A stretch of DNA of 64,000 nucleotides, taken from NCBI GenBank assembly GCA_963662435.1, contig OY759598.1:2078507-2142506 (forward strand), read 5' to 3'. The DNA is from Dehalococcoidia bacterium (lineage in GTDB: Bacteria > Chloroflexota > Dehalococcoidia > Lucifugimonadales > VXLM01). The notes under the pieces are model-generated. The model was not told the DNA's origin. It was given only the letters and a program-made list of their open reading frames with translations, and did not search any database. Below, one piece after another: positions 10,802 through 19,454 of this stretch (the stretch's first letter is position 1; the number at the start of each line of letters is the position of its first letter). A program made the position numbers and the translations under genes.

Positions 10802-11046
10802 CCCATCCACCCTGAGCCTGTCGAAGGGAGCCCGCCGAAGGGCGATCGGTCCACCCAAGGTCAGAGGCCATTCCGGGGTGTCAGCAACTGCCATGCAATC
10901 AACTCTAATCTTTCCCCCGCCGGGGGAGAGATACAGAGAGGGGCTTCCCGCAGGTACTTGAAAGCCTGCAATTAACACCCCGTTCGCCCTGAGCCTGTCG
11001 AAGTGTGGGCGCTCCGTTCAAGGTTCGACAGGCTCACCACGAACGG
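10802..11046. repeat. Composite REP-like repeat cluster between convergent genes
   Basis: CCTGAGCCTGTCGAAG units at about 10811 and 10988, inverted unit TTCGACAGGCTCA; GGCCATTCCGGGGTGTCAGCAAC segment shared with the 17755-17903 cluster. Confidence 0.75.
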
Positions 11047-11093
11047 CTGGCACTCACGCGATAGACCCCTCTATGATGAGAGTCTCCTGCAGA

Positions 11094-11897
11094 TCAGTCC
11101 CTCGCTGCTGTCACCCACGCGCCTAGCGCCATGTAGCCCCCGTCCACGTTTACGTTCTCGCCGGTGATGAAGCTGGACTTGTCACTGGCGAGGAAGAGCA
11201 CGGCATTGGCGATATCCTGCCCCGTCCCCACCCTGCCGATGGGATGCGCCGCTCCCCACTGGCCGACCACCTCGTCCGGGTCTCCGTCCATCACTCCCGC
11301 GGCCGCGCGCAGCATCGGCGTGTCGATGCTGCCGGGACAGACCGCCAGCACGCGAATGTTGTCCTTGGCGTAGTCGAGCGACATCTGGCGCGTGAGCGAG
11401 AGAATGCCGCCCTTGCTCGCGGCGTATGGGGGCACCAGCGGCTGGGACTGTAACCCCTGAACGCTGGCCGTGTTGATTATCACGCCTCCCCCGCGCTCAC
11501 GCATCTGGGGGATCGAGTATTTCGACATGAGAAAGCAGCTCTTGAGATTCACGCCGATGATGCGGTCCCACATCTCCTCCGACGTGTCCTCCACGTTCGT
11601 ATACGAGGCAGGCGGTTGAATGCCGACGTTGTTGAACAGGATGTCCACGCCGCCGAATCGCTCGACCGTCGTCTCGACGACGCGCCTGCAGTCCGCCGAG
11701 TCCATCACGTCGGCTTCCAGCATCAGCCCCGATCCCCCTAGGCGCTCAACCTCGGCCACCGTCGCCTCTCCCGCCTCGAGGTTCACGTCCGCGATGGCGA
11801 CCATCGCCCCCTCCTTGGCAAACTCCCATGCGGTCGCCTGCCCAATCCCGAGCGCCCCCCCGGTGATGATTACAACCTTGCCCTCAAAACTAGCCAT
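11094..11897 (-). CDS. Short-chain dehydrogenase/reductase
   Basis: TGGALGIG, NNVG, YAASK catalytic motif. Confidence 0.95.
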   Translation of the reverse strand: MASFEGKVVIITGGALGIGQATAWEFAKEGAMVAIADVNLEAGEATVAEVERLGGSGLMLEADVMDSADCRRVVETTVERFGGVDILFNNVGIQPPASYTNVEDTSEEMWDRIIGVNLKSCFLMSKYSIPQMRERGGGVIINTASVQGLQSQPLVPPYAASKGGILSLTRQMSLDYAKDNIRVLAVCPGSIDTPMLRAAAGVMDGDPDEVVGQWGAAHPIGRVGTGQDIANAVLFLASDKSSFITGENVNVDGGYMALGAWVTAARD

Positions 11898-12024
11898 GAG
11901 TCACTCCTGACAGCTATTCCAATCCCGTGTCAAGCGTCTATTCCGTCATTCCAGCGCAGGCGGAAGTCCATAACATTGCAGGAACCTACCAGCTTGTCTC
12001 TCCAGCGCGGGGGAGAATACCGCG

Positions 12025-12053
12025 TTGACAGCCCTATGTCCATCTCATAGCAT
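12025..12053 (+). promoter_or_regulatory. Putative sigma70 promoter
   Basis: TTGACA-N17-TAGCAT upstream of the 12104 gene. Confidence 0.55.
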
Positions 12054-12665
12054 TGATTTTCCGTCCTGTCGGCGTTAGTAATACCAGAACCGAGGACATC
12101 AGAATGGCCACGCCTGAGTTGACCATACCCAAGTATATCAGTCTAAAAAACCACGCCATAATCGACGAGAAGTGGTTGCAAGGACGTTTGGACGATAATC
12201 CTGAGCTATTGGGCCTGGGCGATCTGGTGGTTCGCGACCTCGAACGCCGTCAGCCAAGTGGTGGACGGCTTGACTTGCTCCTAGAGGACATAGAACAGGG
12301 GACACGGTACGAAGTCGAAATCCAGCTGGGGTCAATGGACGAGTCTCACATCATCCGAACCATTGAGTATTGGGACATCGAGCGGCGTCGCTATCCGCAG
12401 TACGAACACGTCGCCGTAATCGTGGCCGAGGATGTAACTAGCCGCTTCCTAAACGTCATTTCTTTGCTCAATGGGCAGATTCCCCTCATAGCTATTCAGC
12501 TTAGGGGAGTAGAAGTCGATGGGGCATTTACATTGATAGCTACTCGAATTGTTGATTTGGTGAGATTTGGTACCGAGGAGGAGGATGCGGGTGAGACTGT
12601 GGATAGAGCCTATTGGGAGAACAAATCATCGTCCGGCTCGTTGAAGATCATGGATCAAGTTCTAA

Positions 12666-13859
12666 GGAACCTCTGAACAAGTCTATGTTCTAAGGCATAG
12701 TATCATGGGGGTCATCACGATAGCCGAGGAGAGATTCGATGGACCAGCCAACCTTCGCCGACTTGGAATACGAGGGCAAGAAGCGAAAGACTCGCAGGGA
12801 GAAGTTTCTTGAACGCATGGACGGTCTGATCCCTTGGGAAGAGTTGGAAGAGCGCATCCGACCGTTCTACCCCAAGGCTGGCCGTGGTCGGCGCCCCTAT
12901 GAGTTGTCGACGATGCTTCGGATACATTGCGTGCAGTTGTTCTATAACCTGAGCGACCCCGGGATAGAAGACATGCTTTACGAGGTCGAGTCGGTGAGAC
13001 GCTTCGTAGGTCTGAGGCTATCTGGGCCGTTGCCGGACGAGACGACGATCCTGAACTTCCGCCATCTGTTGGACAAGCACGAGTTGGGCACGGGCCTGAT
13101 GGAGGAGATAAACCGTCATCTAGAGTCTCAGGGACTTCGTCTACAGGAGGGGACTATAGTGGACGCGAGCATCATCGCCGCGCCGTCGTCGACGAAGAAT
13201 CGGAGTAAGGAGCGCGACCCTGAGATGCGCCAGACCAAGAAGGGTAACGAGTGGCACTTCGGTATGAAGTTGCATATCGGAGTGGACTCTGAGACGGGAG
13301 TGGTGCATAGCGTGTCCACAACGCCGGCGAACGTGCATGACGTGACTGAAACGCCTCGGTTACTGCACGGTGGGGAGACACAAGTGTGGGGTGATGCGGG
13401 GTATCAGGGGGTGGACAAGAGGCCTGAGAATCGAGACTTGGAGGTGGAGTGGCAGGTGGCGATGAGGCCTGGTCAGCGTCGAAAACTGAAGGTTGGGAGC
13501 GATGATGCGGCGAGGGAGAAGCGCAAGGCATCAGTAAGGGCGAAGGTGGAGCATCCGTTCCTGTACGTCAAGAGGCGCTTTGGCTACACGAAGGTCCGCT
13601 ACCGAGGGCTGGCCAAGAACACGCAGCGGCTGGCATTGCTGCTGGGGTTCGCCAACCTGATGAGAGCCGAGCGATACTTGGCAGTGTGAGTGACCTTGTA
13701 TACGTGGGCCCAATCAGGGCTGACAGGGACGAAGATGTCCCGCCAGAGGCAAAAGCAGGACGAAATAACCCCACCTAAGCTCCAAGTAAAGGCTCAACAT
13801 CTCCGAAAACGCCTACAATCAACTCAGCCCAACTCCACAGCTGGTTGTTCAGAGGTTCC
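12666..13859 (+). mobile_element. IS5-family insertion sequence, copy 1 (1194 bp)
   Basis: 15-bp inverted repeats GGAACCTCTGAACAA / TTGTTCAGAGGTTCC; flanks CTAA and CTAG. Confidence 0.95.
12739..13689 (+). CDS. IS5-family transposase
   Basis: PDETTILNFRHLL, IVDASII, WHFGMKLHIGVD, GDAGYQG, RAKVEHPF. Confidence 0.96.
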   Translation: MDQPTFADLEYEGKKRKTRREKFLERMDGLIPWEELEERIRPFYPKAGRGRRPYELSTMLRIHCVQLFYNLSDPGIEDMLYEVESVRRFVGLRLSGPLPDETTILNFRHLLDKHELGTGLMEEINRHLESQGLRLQEGTIVDASIIAAPSSTKNRSKERDPEMRQTKKGNEWHFGMKLHIGVDSETGVVHSVSTTPANVHDVTETPRLLHGGETQVWGDAGYQGVDKRPENRDLEVEWQVAMRPGQRRKLKVGSDDAAREKRKASVRAKVEHPFLYVKRRFGYTKVRYRGLAKNTQRLALLLGFANLMRAERYLAV

Positions 13860-14203
13860 CTAGATTTGATACGCGAGATTTCTCCTACGGCGGAACCCAA
13901 ATTCAATAAGTACAACATCGGTCTCACAATCGACGGTCAAGTAAGGAATTTTGTGCTATTCAAACCACGCAAGGCTTATGTCCTAACGCACTTCAAGATT
14001 CCACAAAATGAGGAGACGACTACTCGGCTGGATGAATCTGGATTAGCTGTTGTGACATATGATTCAAACTTCGGCTACTATCGAGTCCGAGTTCGGCAAA
14101 GCGACCTTGAGGATCACCGTGACCTTATCCTTGACCTCATTCGCGAGGCCCACGACTCCTTTGGCATGAACTAGGGCGTTGCCTCACTTACCAATGTAAC
14201 ACC

Positions 14204-14545
14204 ATGATCCGATATCCTGCGCTCATAGACGGTGACGAAGGAGCATATGGCGTAGTCTTCCCCGACATCCCCGGCGTCGGCGCAATGGGTGACACCGTAG
14301 ACGAGGCCCTCCTAAATGCCGAGGACGCGCTCAGGGACTATGCGATCGAGGCTGAAAAGGACGGTGAAGAGCTCGCTGAGCCCAGCCGTTCCAGTCCATT
14401 GAGACGCCGAAGGACAGCCAGCTAACCAGCATTCCGCTGGATTCCTACTTCGGGCAAAAGCGTTCGCGCGGGGCTGACCCTGGAAGAGGGCGTAGCCGAG
14501 TATATTGACAGCGAGGCACGACGCATCCCTGCCATGGATGGGTAA
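14204..14545 (+). pseudogene. hicB: HicB-family antitoxin, frameshifted; no hicA seen
   Basis: YPALI..YGVVFPDIPG..GDTVDEAL..AEDAL; stop at 14423-14425 inside a short frameshifted window; RHH-like tail KSVRAGLTLEEGVAEYIDSEARR resumes downstream. Confidence 0.75.
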
Positions 14546-14849
14546 TTCACAATTAGGTCACCTACAGGCAATTGCAGGGCCCCGAATCCGATCTGACGGA
14601 GAAGAATATATGATCTATTCTAGTTTCGAGGCGACAAGAGGACCAAGGGCTCGACCAATACGACGACGCACCGAAAAGTCCCATAGTGTCCCGAAATGTC
14701 CCATAGAAGCGGCTCCTCCAAACCTCTTGGGATTCTCTCGTCTTCCCAATCTGCGTGGGTTGTGTCCTCTGCGGTGAATCGCCCCGCGTTGTCAAACCTT
14801 GTCCCGCGCGCGTATGATGCAGCCACATTCCTTTGAGGGGTGACTGCAC

Positions 14850-15617
14850 GTGATCATAGATTCTCACACTCACGCGGGAACGAGCTGGTTCGAGCCGGTC
14901 GAGACTTTGATCCACCAGATGGACGCGAACGGCATCCAGAAGGCCGTACTGATTCAGCATGGCGGCATGTACGACAACTCATACCTGCTGGATTGCGCCG
15001 CCCGACACAACGGACGGTTCTCGGTCGTAGGAATGGTCGACGAGGCGTCACCAACCGCGACCGACGACCTCCAGGGTTGGTCTGAGCGAGGCGTCACCGG
15101 GGTACGGTTGTCGCCAAATTCACCGGAGACCCTGTGGAGGGCCGCTTCCGAGATCGGCCTGACAGTTAGCTGTCGACAGGAAGTGGACGCTTTCGCATCG
15201 GGGCGATTCGCCGAGCTCGTGTCAGGGTTGCCCGGTAAGATTCCCGTCGTGGTCGAGCACTTCGCCGGGGGCACCGCCGACATGGAGGAGCCGTACGAGG
15301 AATTCGCCCAGGCTCTGAAGGTAGCAGAGCTTCCCAACGTGTACGTCAAGCTGGGAGGTCTGGGGGAGATCAGTCATCGCCCTCACACTCTTGTGCCCGA
15401 GTTCCGCTTCGACTACACGCCGCCATTCGTCGAGATGATCCTCGAAGCCTTCGGTCCCAAACGCACGATGTGGGGGAGCGACTACCCTCCCGTTGGCAAT
15501 CGCGAGGGATACCGAAACGCCCTTCGAGGCATCATGGACGACCCCCTTCTCAGCGATCCCCAGGACCGCAACTGGGTAATGGGCCGCACGGCGTCCAACG
15601 TCTTCAGGTTTCTCTAA
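14850..15617 (+). CDS. Amidohydrolase_2 family protein
   Basis: IIDSHTH, VVEH, MWGSDYP. Confidence 0.9.
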   Translation: MIIDSHTHAGTSWFEPVETLIHQMDANGIQKAVLIQHGGMYDNSYLLDCAARHNGRFSVVGMVDEASPTATDDLQGWSERGVTGVRLSPNSPETLWRAASEIGLTVSCRQEVDAFASGRFAELVSGLPGKIPVVVEHFAGGTADMEEPYEEFAQALKVAELPNVYVKLGGLGEISHRPHTLVPEFRFDYTPPFVEMILEAFGPKRTMWGSDYPPVGNREGYRNALRGIMDDPLLSDPQDRNWVMGRTASNVFRFL

Positions 15618-15627
15618 AGGGACTGGC

Positions 15628-16830
15628 GTGAGCCGAATTATGCGCGACGACCTCAACGCCTTTGCCGACCTGAACGTCCACGTACCGGGCGCTCCCGAAG
15701 GTCCACTATCAGGCCTGACATTTGCCGCCAAGGACATCTTCGACGTGGCCAGGCACGTGACCGGTGGCGGCAATCCCGACTGGGAACGCACGCATGGGCC
15801 CGCCGAATGCACCGCGCCGACCGTCCAAATGCTGCTCGATGCGGGCGCGACCCTCGTCGGGAAGACGCACACCGATGAGTTGACGCGCGGCATCATGGGA
15901 ACGAATCCCCACTACGGCACCCCCGTGAACACAGAGGCGCTCGGCCGGGTGCCCGGAGGATCGTCGAGTGGGTCGGCGTCCGCCGTCGCGGGCGGAGTTG
16001 TCGACTTCGCGCTCGGCTCGGACACTGGTGGCTCCGTGCGGATGCCGGCCAGTTTCTGCGGACTCTACGGTCTGCGACCGACCCACGGACGCATCTCACT
16101 CGACGGCGTGCTCCCGCAGGCCGCGAGCTTTGACACGGTCGGGTGGTTCGCCCGCGACGCCGTGACCTTCGAGCGAGTCGGACGAGTGCTGCTGCGATCA
16201 CAGGGTAAGCCTGGGCAGCCTGGCCGCCTCGTCATCGCGGAAGACCTGTTGGAGGTGGTCGATGACGATGTCCGGCTGGCGCTCCGACCAGCTGTAAACG
16301 CCATCGCGGAAATGGTCGGTGAACAAGCGACGGAGCGAGTAGCCGCAGACGAAATCGATGAGTGGTTGACGCACCAGCGTAATCTGCAGATGCGAGAGGC
16401 GTGGGACACCCTGCGGGACTGGATTGAGCAGACGAATCCACGCGTCGCCTTCGAGGTCGCAATTCGCTACCTGAACGGCATGTCGGTGACCGACGATCAA
16501 TTGGCGGCAAGCAACACCGTGCGTCAAGCGGTCAGGAACAGGATGAACGATCTTCTGGCAGACGGCGTCATTATGTGTCTGCCTACCTCGCCCACCCCTG
16601 CGCCGCCTCCCGACATGCCCGTTCCTGAGCGGGTGGAGCTCGGCGTACGAATCGCACGTCTCACGTGCATCGGAGGCATGTCGGGTTGCCCACAGTTGAA
16701 CCTGCCCCTTTCAAAGGTCGACGGCCTTCCGGTGGGGTTGTCGCTGATGGCCGCACGGGGATCGGACGAGATGCTTATGCGATTCGCCGCTGAGCTGGCA
16801 CCGCAATGGGAAGGTCGTTCACGTGGCTGA
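15628..16830 (+). CDS. Amidase-signature family amidase
   Basis: KD catalytic Lys, GGSSSGS, SDTGGSVRMPA. Confidence 0.93.
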   Translation: MSRIMRDDLNAFADLNVHVPGAPEGPLSGLTFAAKDIFDVARHVTGGGNPDWERTHGPAECTAPTVQMLLDAGATLVGKTHTDELTRGIMGTNPHYGTPVNTEALGRVPGGSSSGSASAVAGGVVDFALGSDTGGSVRMPASFCGLYGLRPTHGRISLDGVLPQAASFDTVGWFARDAVTFERVGRVLLRSQGKPGQPGRLVIAEDLLEVVDDDVRLALRPAVNAIAEMVGEQATERVAADEIDEWLTHQRNLQMREAWDTLRDWIEQTNPRVAFEVAIRYLNGMSVTDDQLAASNTVRQAVRNRMNDLLADGVIMCLPTSPTPAPPPDMPVPERVELGVRIARLTCIGGMSGCPQLNLPLSKVDGLPVGLSLMAARGSDEMLMRFAAELAPQWEGRSRG

Positions 16831-17740
16831 CAATGCCGCGTACCCGTTGTCCGGCGTCGTTCCGATCATCCACACGCCGTGGACGGAGGACGACCGCATT
16901 GACTTCCCCTCGCTCGAAATGCTGATCGAGCGGAGCATCGATGACGGCATTTCCGGATGCATCATGCCCGCCGTGGCCAGCGAGGTTACAAAACTCTCCG
17001 ACGAGGAGCGGACGAGGTTCGTTGAAGAGGTCATCCGCATGGTGGACGGGCGGGTCCACGTAACGGCAGGCGTCAGTGATCCCGACGTGAAGCGTTCACA
17101 GCGTCTCGCAAGCCACGCCGTTGAGGCCGGAGCCGACGGCGTTCTCTGCCAGGCCCCCATGGACGTCATCGAGGACAAAGCCCAGGTGAAAGCCTTCATG
17201 CACGAGCTAGCCGAAGCCGACGTGCCAATGCTCATGATCCAGGACCTTCATTGGAACGGCTACGGCATGGGCCTCGACACCATCCGCGAGCTCTGGGAGG
17301 AGATCGACTCGTTCCGGTGCCTCAAGCTGGAGACCGTGCCCGCCGGGTATAAGATGACCCAGATAATCGAGGCGACGGACGGCCTGATGCCGGTAGGAAC
17401 GGGCTGGTCCTTGCCGCAGCTGATCGAGGCGCTCGACCGCGGCACGAGCTTTGTCACCACGACCGCCATCAACAAGCCGTTCGTCGAAATCTTCAAGCAC
17501 TACCACGCGGGGAATCGAGATGAGGCCTCCGCGTTGTTCGAGCGCACCCTCCCCTACCTCGCGTGGGCGCACCAGCACATCGACATCTCAATCCACTTCT
17601 ACAAGCTGTACTCGCGCCGTCGCGGGCTGTTCACCACGTCAAGAGCGCGCCAGCCCATCCTCCCTTTCGACGCCTACCACCAGCGAGTGGCGAACGAGAT
17701 TATCGACGACCTCATCGAGTTCGAGGACAGTTTGGGGTAG
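16823..17740 (+). CDS. DapA/N-acetylneuraminate lyase-like class I aldolase
   Basis: GVVPIIHTP, ASE..KLSDEER, CLKLE Schiff-base Lys; overlaps the amidase stop. Confidence 0.85.
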   Translation: MADNAAYPLSGVVPIIHTPWTEDDRIDFPSLEMLIERSIDDGISGCIMPAVASEVTKLSDEERTRFVEEVIRMVDGRVHVTAGVSDPDVKRSQRLASHAVEAGADGVLCQAPMDVIEDKAQVKAFMHELAEADVPMLMIQDLHWNGYGMGLDTIRELWEEIDSFRCLKLETVPAGYKMTQIIEATDGLMPVGTGWSLPQLIEALDRGTSFVTTTAINKPFVEIFKHYHAGNRDEASALFERTLPYLAWAHQHIDISIHFYKLYSRRRGLFTTSRARQPILPFDAYHQRVANEIIDDLIEFEDSLG

Positions 17741-17754
17741 GGGTCAAGCATTGC

Positions 17755-17903
17755 TTCGACAGGCTCAGAATGACCGGAACTGCTGTCAAGACCCGTTCGC
17801 CCTGAGCATCGCTACGCCCCGCGCGCGGGGCCATGCCGGGGTGTCGGTAACGGGGAACGCAGGTAAGAGAAAGTACGTTCGCCCTGAGCCTGTCGAAGGG
17901 TGA
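17755..17903. repeat. Composite REP-like repeat cluster
   Basis: TTCGACAGGCTCAG, CCGTTCGCCCTGAGC and GTTCGCCCTGAGCCTGTCGAAGGG units between convergent genes. Confidence 0.75.
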
Positions 17904-17936
17904 AGTCGTGCTGGCGTTGGGAATCTCGTGCAGCGC

Positions 17937-18320
17937 CTAGCTGTCACCCTCACCCGGCTCAATCGCCCCGTCATCCAACAGAATAAGGTACGGCTCGCCG
18001 AACTGGTTCGGGCTCTCAACATCCCACTCCTCGCCGAGTTCGACCGGCCTGAGGCGAACGCCCCAGTCGCCGCCATATATGAGATGCGCCCTTGCCTGTC
18101 CTGAGTCGGAGACGGGTGCGTATATGGCTTCTACCGGGATGCCGTCGTCCTCGCTGCTCCATCCGGTCACCTCGTAGAGACCGTGCGGACGGTCCGGCTC
18201 TTCGAGCAGGACACGAGTGACGGGTCGCGACTCGGCCTGAGGCTCGTAGACCTGCATGGGCATGTAGTCGCAGTTGTCGTTGTCCTCAACCTCAATGTAG
18301 ATGTATTCGTACGTGGTCAT
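17937..18320 (-). CDS. Acidic hypothetical protein
   Basis: 127-aa ORF MTTYEYIYIEVEDND... just downstream of fabI with genome-like codon usage. Confidence 0.7.
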   Translation of the reverse strand: MTTYEYIYIEVEDNDNCDYMPMQVYEPQAESRPVTRVLLEEPDRPHGLYEVTGWSSEDDGIPVEAIYAPVSDSGQARAHLIYGGDWGVRLRPVELGEEWDVESPNQFGEPYLILLDDGAIEPGEGDS

Positions 18321-18354
18321 TGTGGGAGTCCGTTCATGGGTCAGGCCAGCGGTC

Positions 18355-19131
18355 TCAGATGCCCATGATGTTGTAGCCGGTGTCGACGTGGACGATCTCG
18401 CCTGTGACACCGCTCGAGAGATCGCTGCACAGGAAGAGCGCAGTCTTGGCGACCTCATCGGTGGTGATGTTGCGCTTCATGGGCGACCGTTCGGCGTGTA
18501 CGCGCTTCATGTCGCGGTACTTGCTGATGACGCGGGACGACAGCGTGTCGAGGGGTCCTGCCGAGATGGCGTTCACTCGAACGTCCTGCTCGCCGAGGTC
18601 GGAGGCGAGCTGCTTGACGGCGTTCTCCAGCGCTGCCTTCGCCGTGCCCATCACGTTGTAACCGGGGAAGACACGCTCAGCCGCCTGGAAGGTCATCGCG
18701 ACGATGCTTCCACCCTCGGTCATGTAGTCGGAGGCGTAACGGGCTATGGGAAGGAGCGAATAGGCGCTCACGTCGAGGGCTGTGCGGAATCCCTCGCGTC
18801 CCGTCTTCATGTAGGCTCCGCCGAGGTCCTCGCGGTCGGCGAAAGCGATGGAGTGGACGATGATATCGATTTTGCCGAAGCTCTCGCCCACCTGCTGGAT
18901 CGCGCGCTCGACGTTAGCGTCGTCGCTGACGTCACACTCGATGGTGCGCGTGTCGCCTTCCCACCCTGAGACGAGCTTCTCCACGCTGCCCCGAACTCGC
19001 TCGTTCTGGTAAGCGACGGCAAGGTCCGCCCCGGCCTTCTGCAGTATCTCCGCGATTGACCACGCGATGCTGCGGTGGTTCGCTACGCCGAATACGATGC
19101 CGGTCTTGCCCTTCAGGTCGATTGGGTACAT
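18355..19131 (-). CDS. fabI: Enoyl-ACP reductase
   Basis: GVANHRSIAW, VHSIAFA, SAYSL, YNVMGTAKAALE, AISAGP. Confidence 0.95.
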   Translation of the reverse strand: MYPIDLKGKTGIVFGVANHRSIAWSIAEILQKAGADLAVAYQNERVRGSVEKLVSGWEGDTRTIECDVSDDANVERAIQQVGESFGKIDIIVHSIAFADREDLGGAYMKTGREGFRTALDVSAYSLLPIARYASDYMTEGGSIVAMTFQAAERVFPGYNVMGTAKAALENAVKQLASDLGEQDVRVNAISAGPLDTLSSRVISKYRDMKRVHAERSPMKRNITTDEVAKTALFLCSDLSSGVTGEIVHVDTGYNIMGI

Positions 19132-19454
19132 GGCTCCGTCCTGCTGCTTCAAATGGAGTGGTATTTGCCCGCGCATTGTAGACAGCACCGGAGAAAACGT
19201 AAAGGTGAACGTCACATTGCAGCGGCGCATTCGGAGCGTAGAGGCAAGGTTGACATTGATGGATCAATCGAATAATATTTGCGCCTCCACCTGATGAAAT
19301 TCGCAAAGTATCTTTTCTCACTATATGTGATTCGAAACTAACCTCGAAAAACGAATAGGTTTTCCCTCACGCTTATACTCTTCATCGTTCGTGCGGCAGC
19401 CCAGCGGCGAAAGTGAAACTATCGGCAACCATGAGTTGGACGAGGAGGAATCAC

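Larger units (their letters stand above)
12104..14174 (+). pseudogene. PD-(D/E)xK-like (NucS-related/DUF5655-type) protein interrupted by IS5
   Basis: GRLDLLL...YEVEIQLG...HIIRTIEYW; joining 12104-12665 to 13864-14174 gives one 290-aa frame (...MDQVL-D-LIREISP...). Confidence 0.8.
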
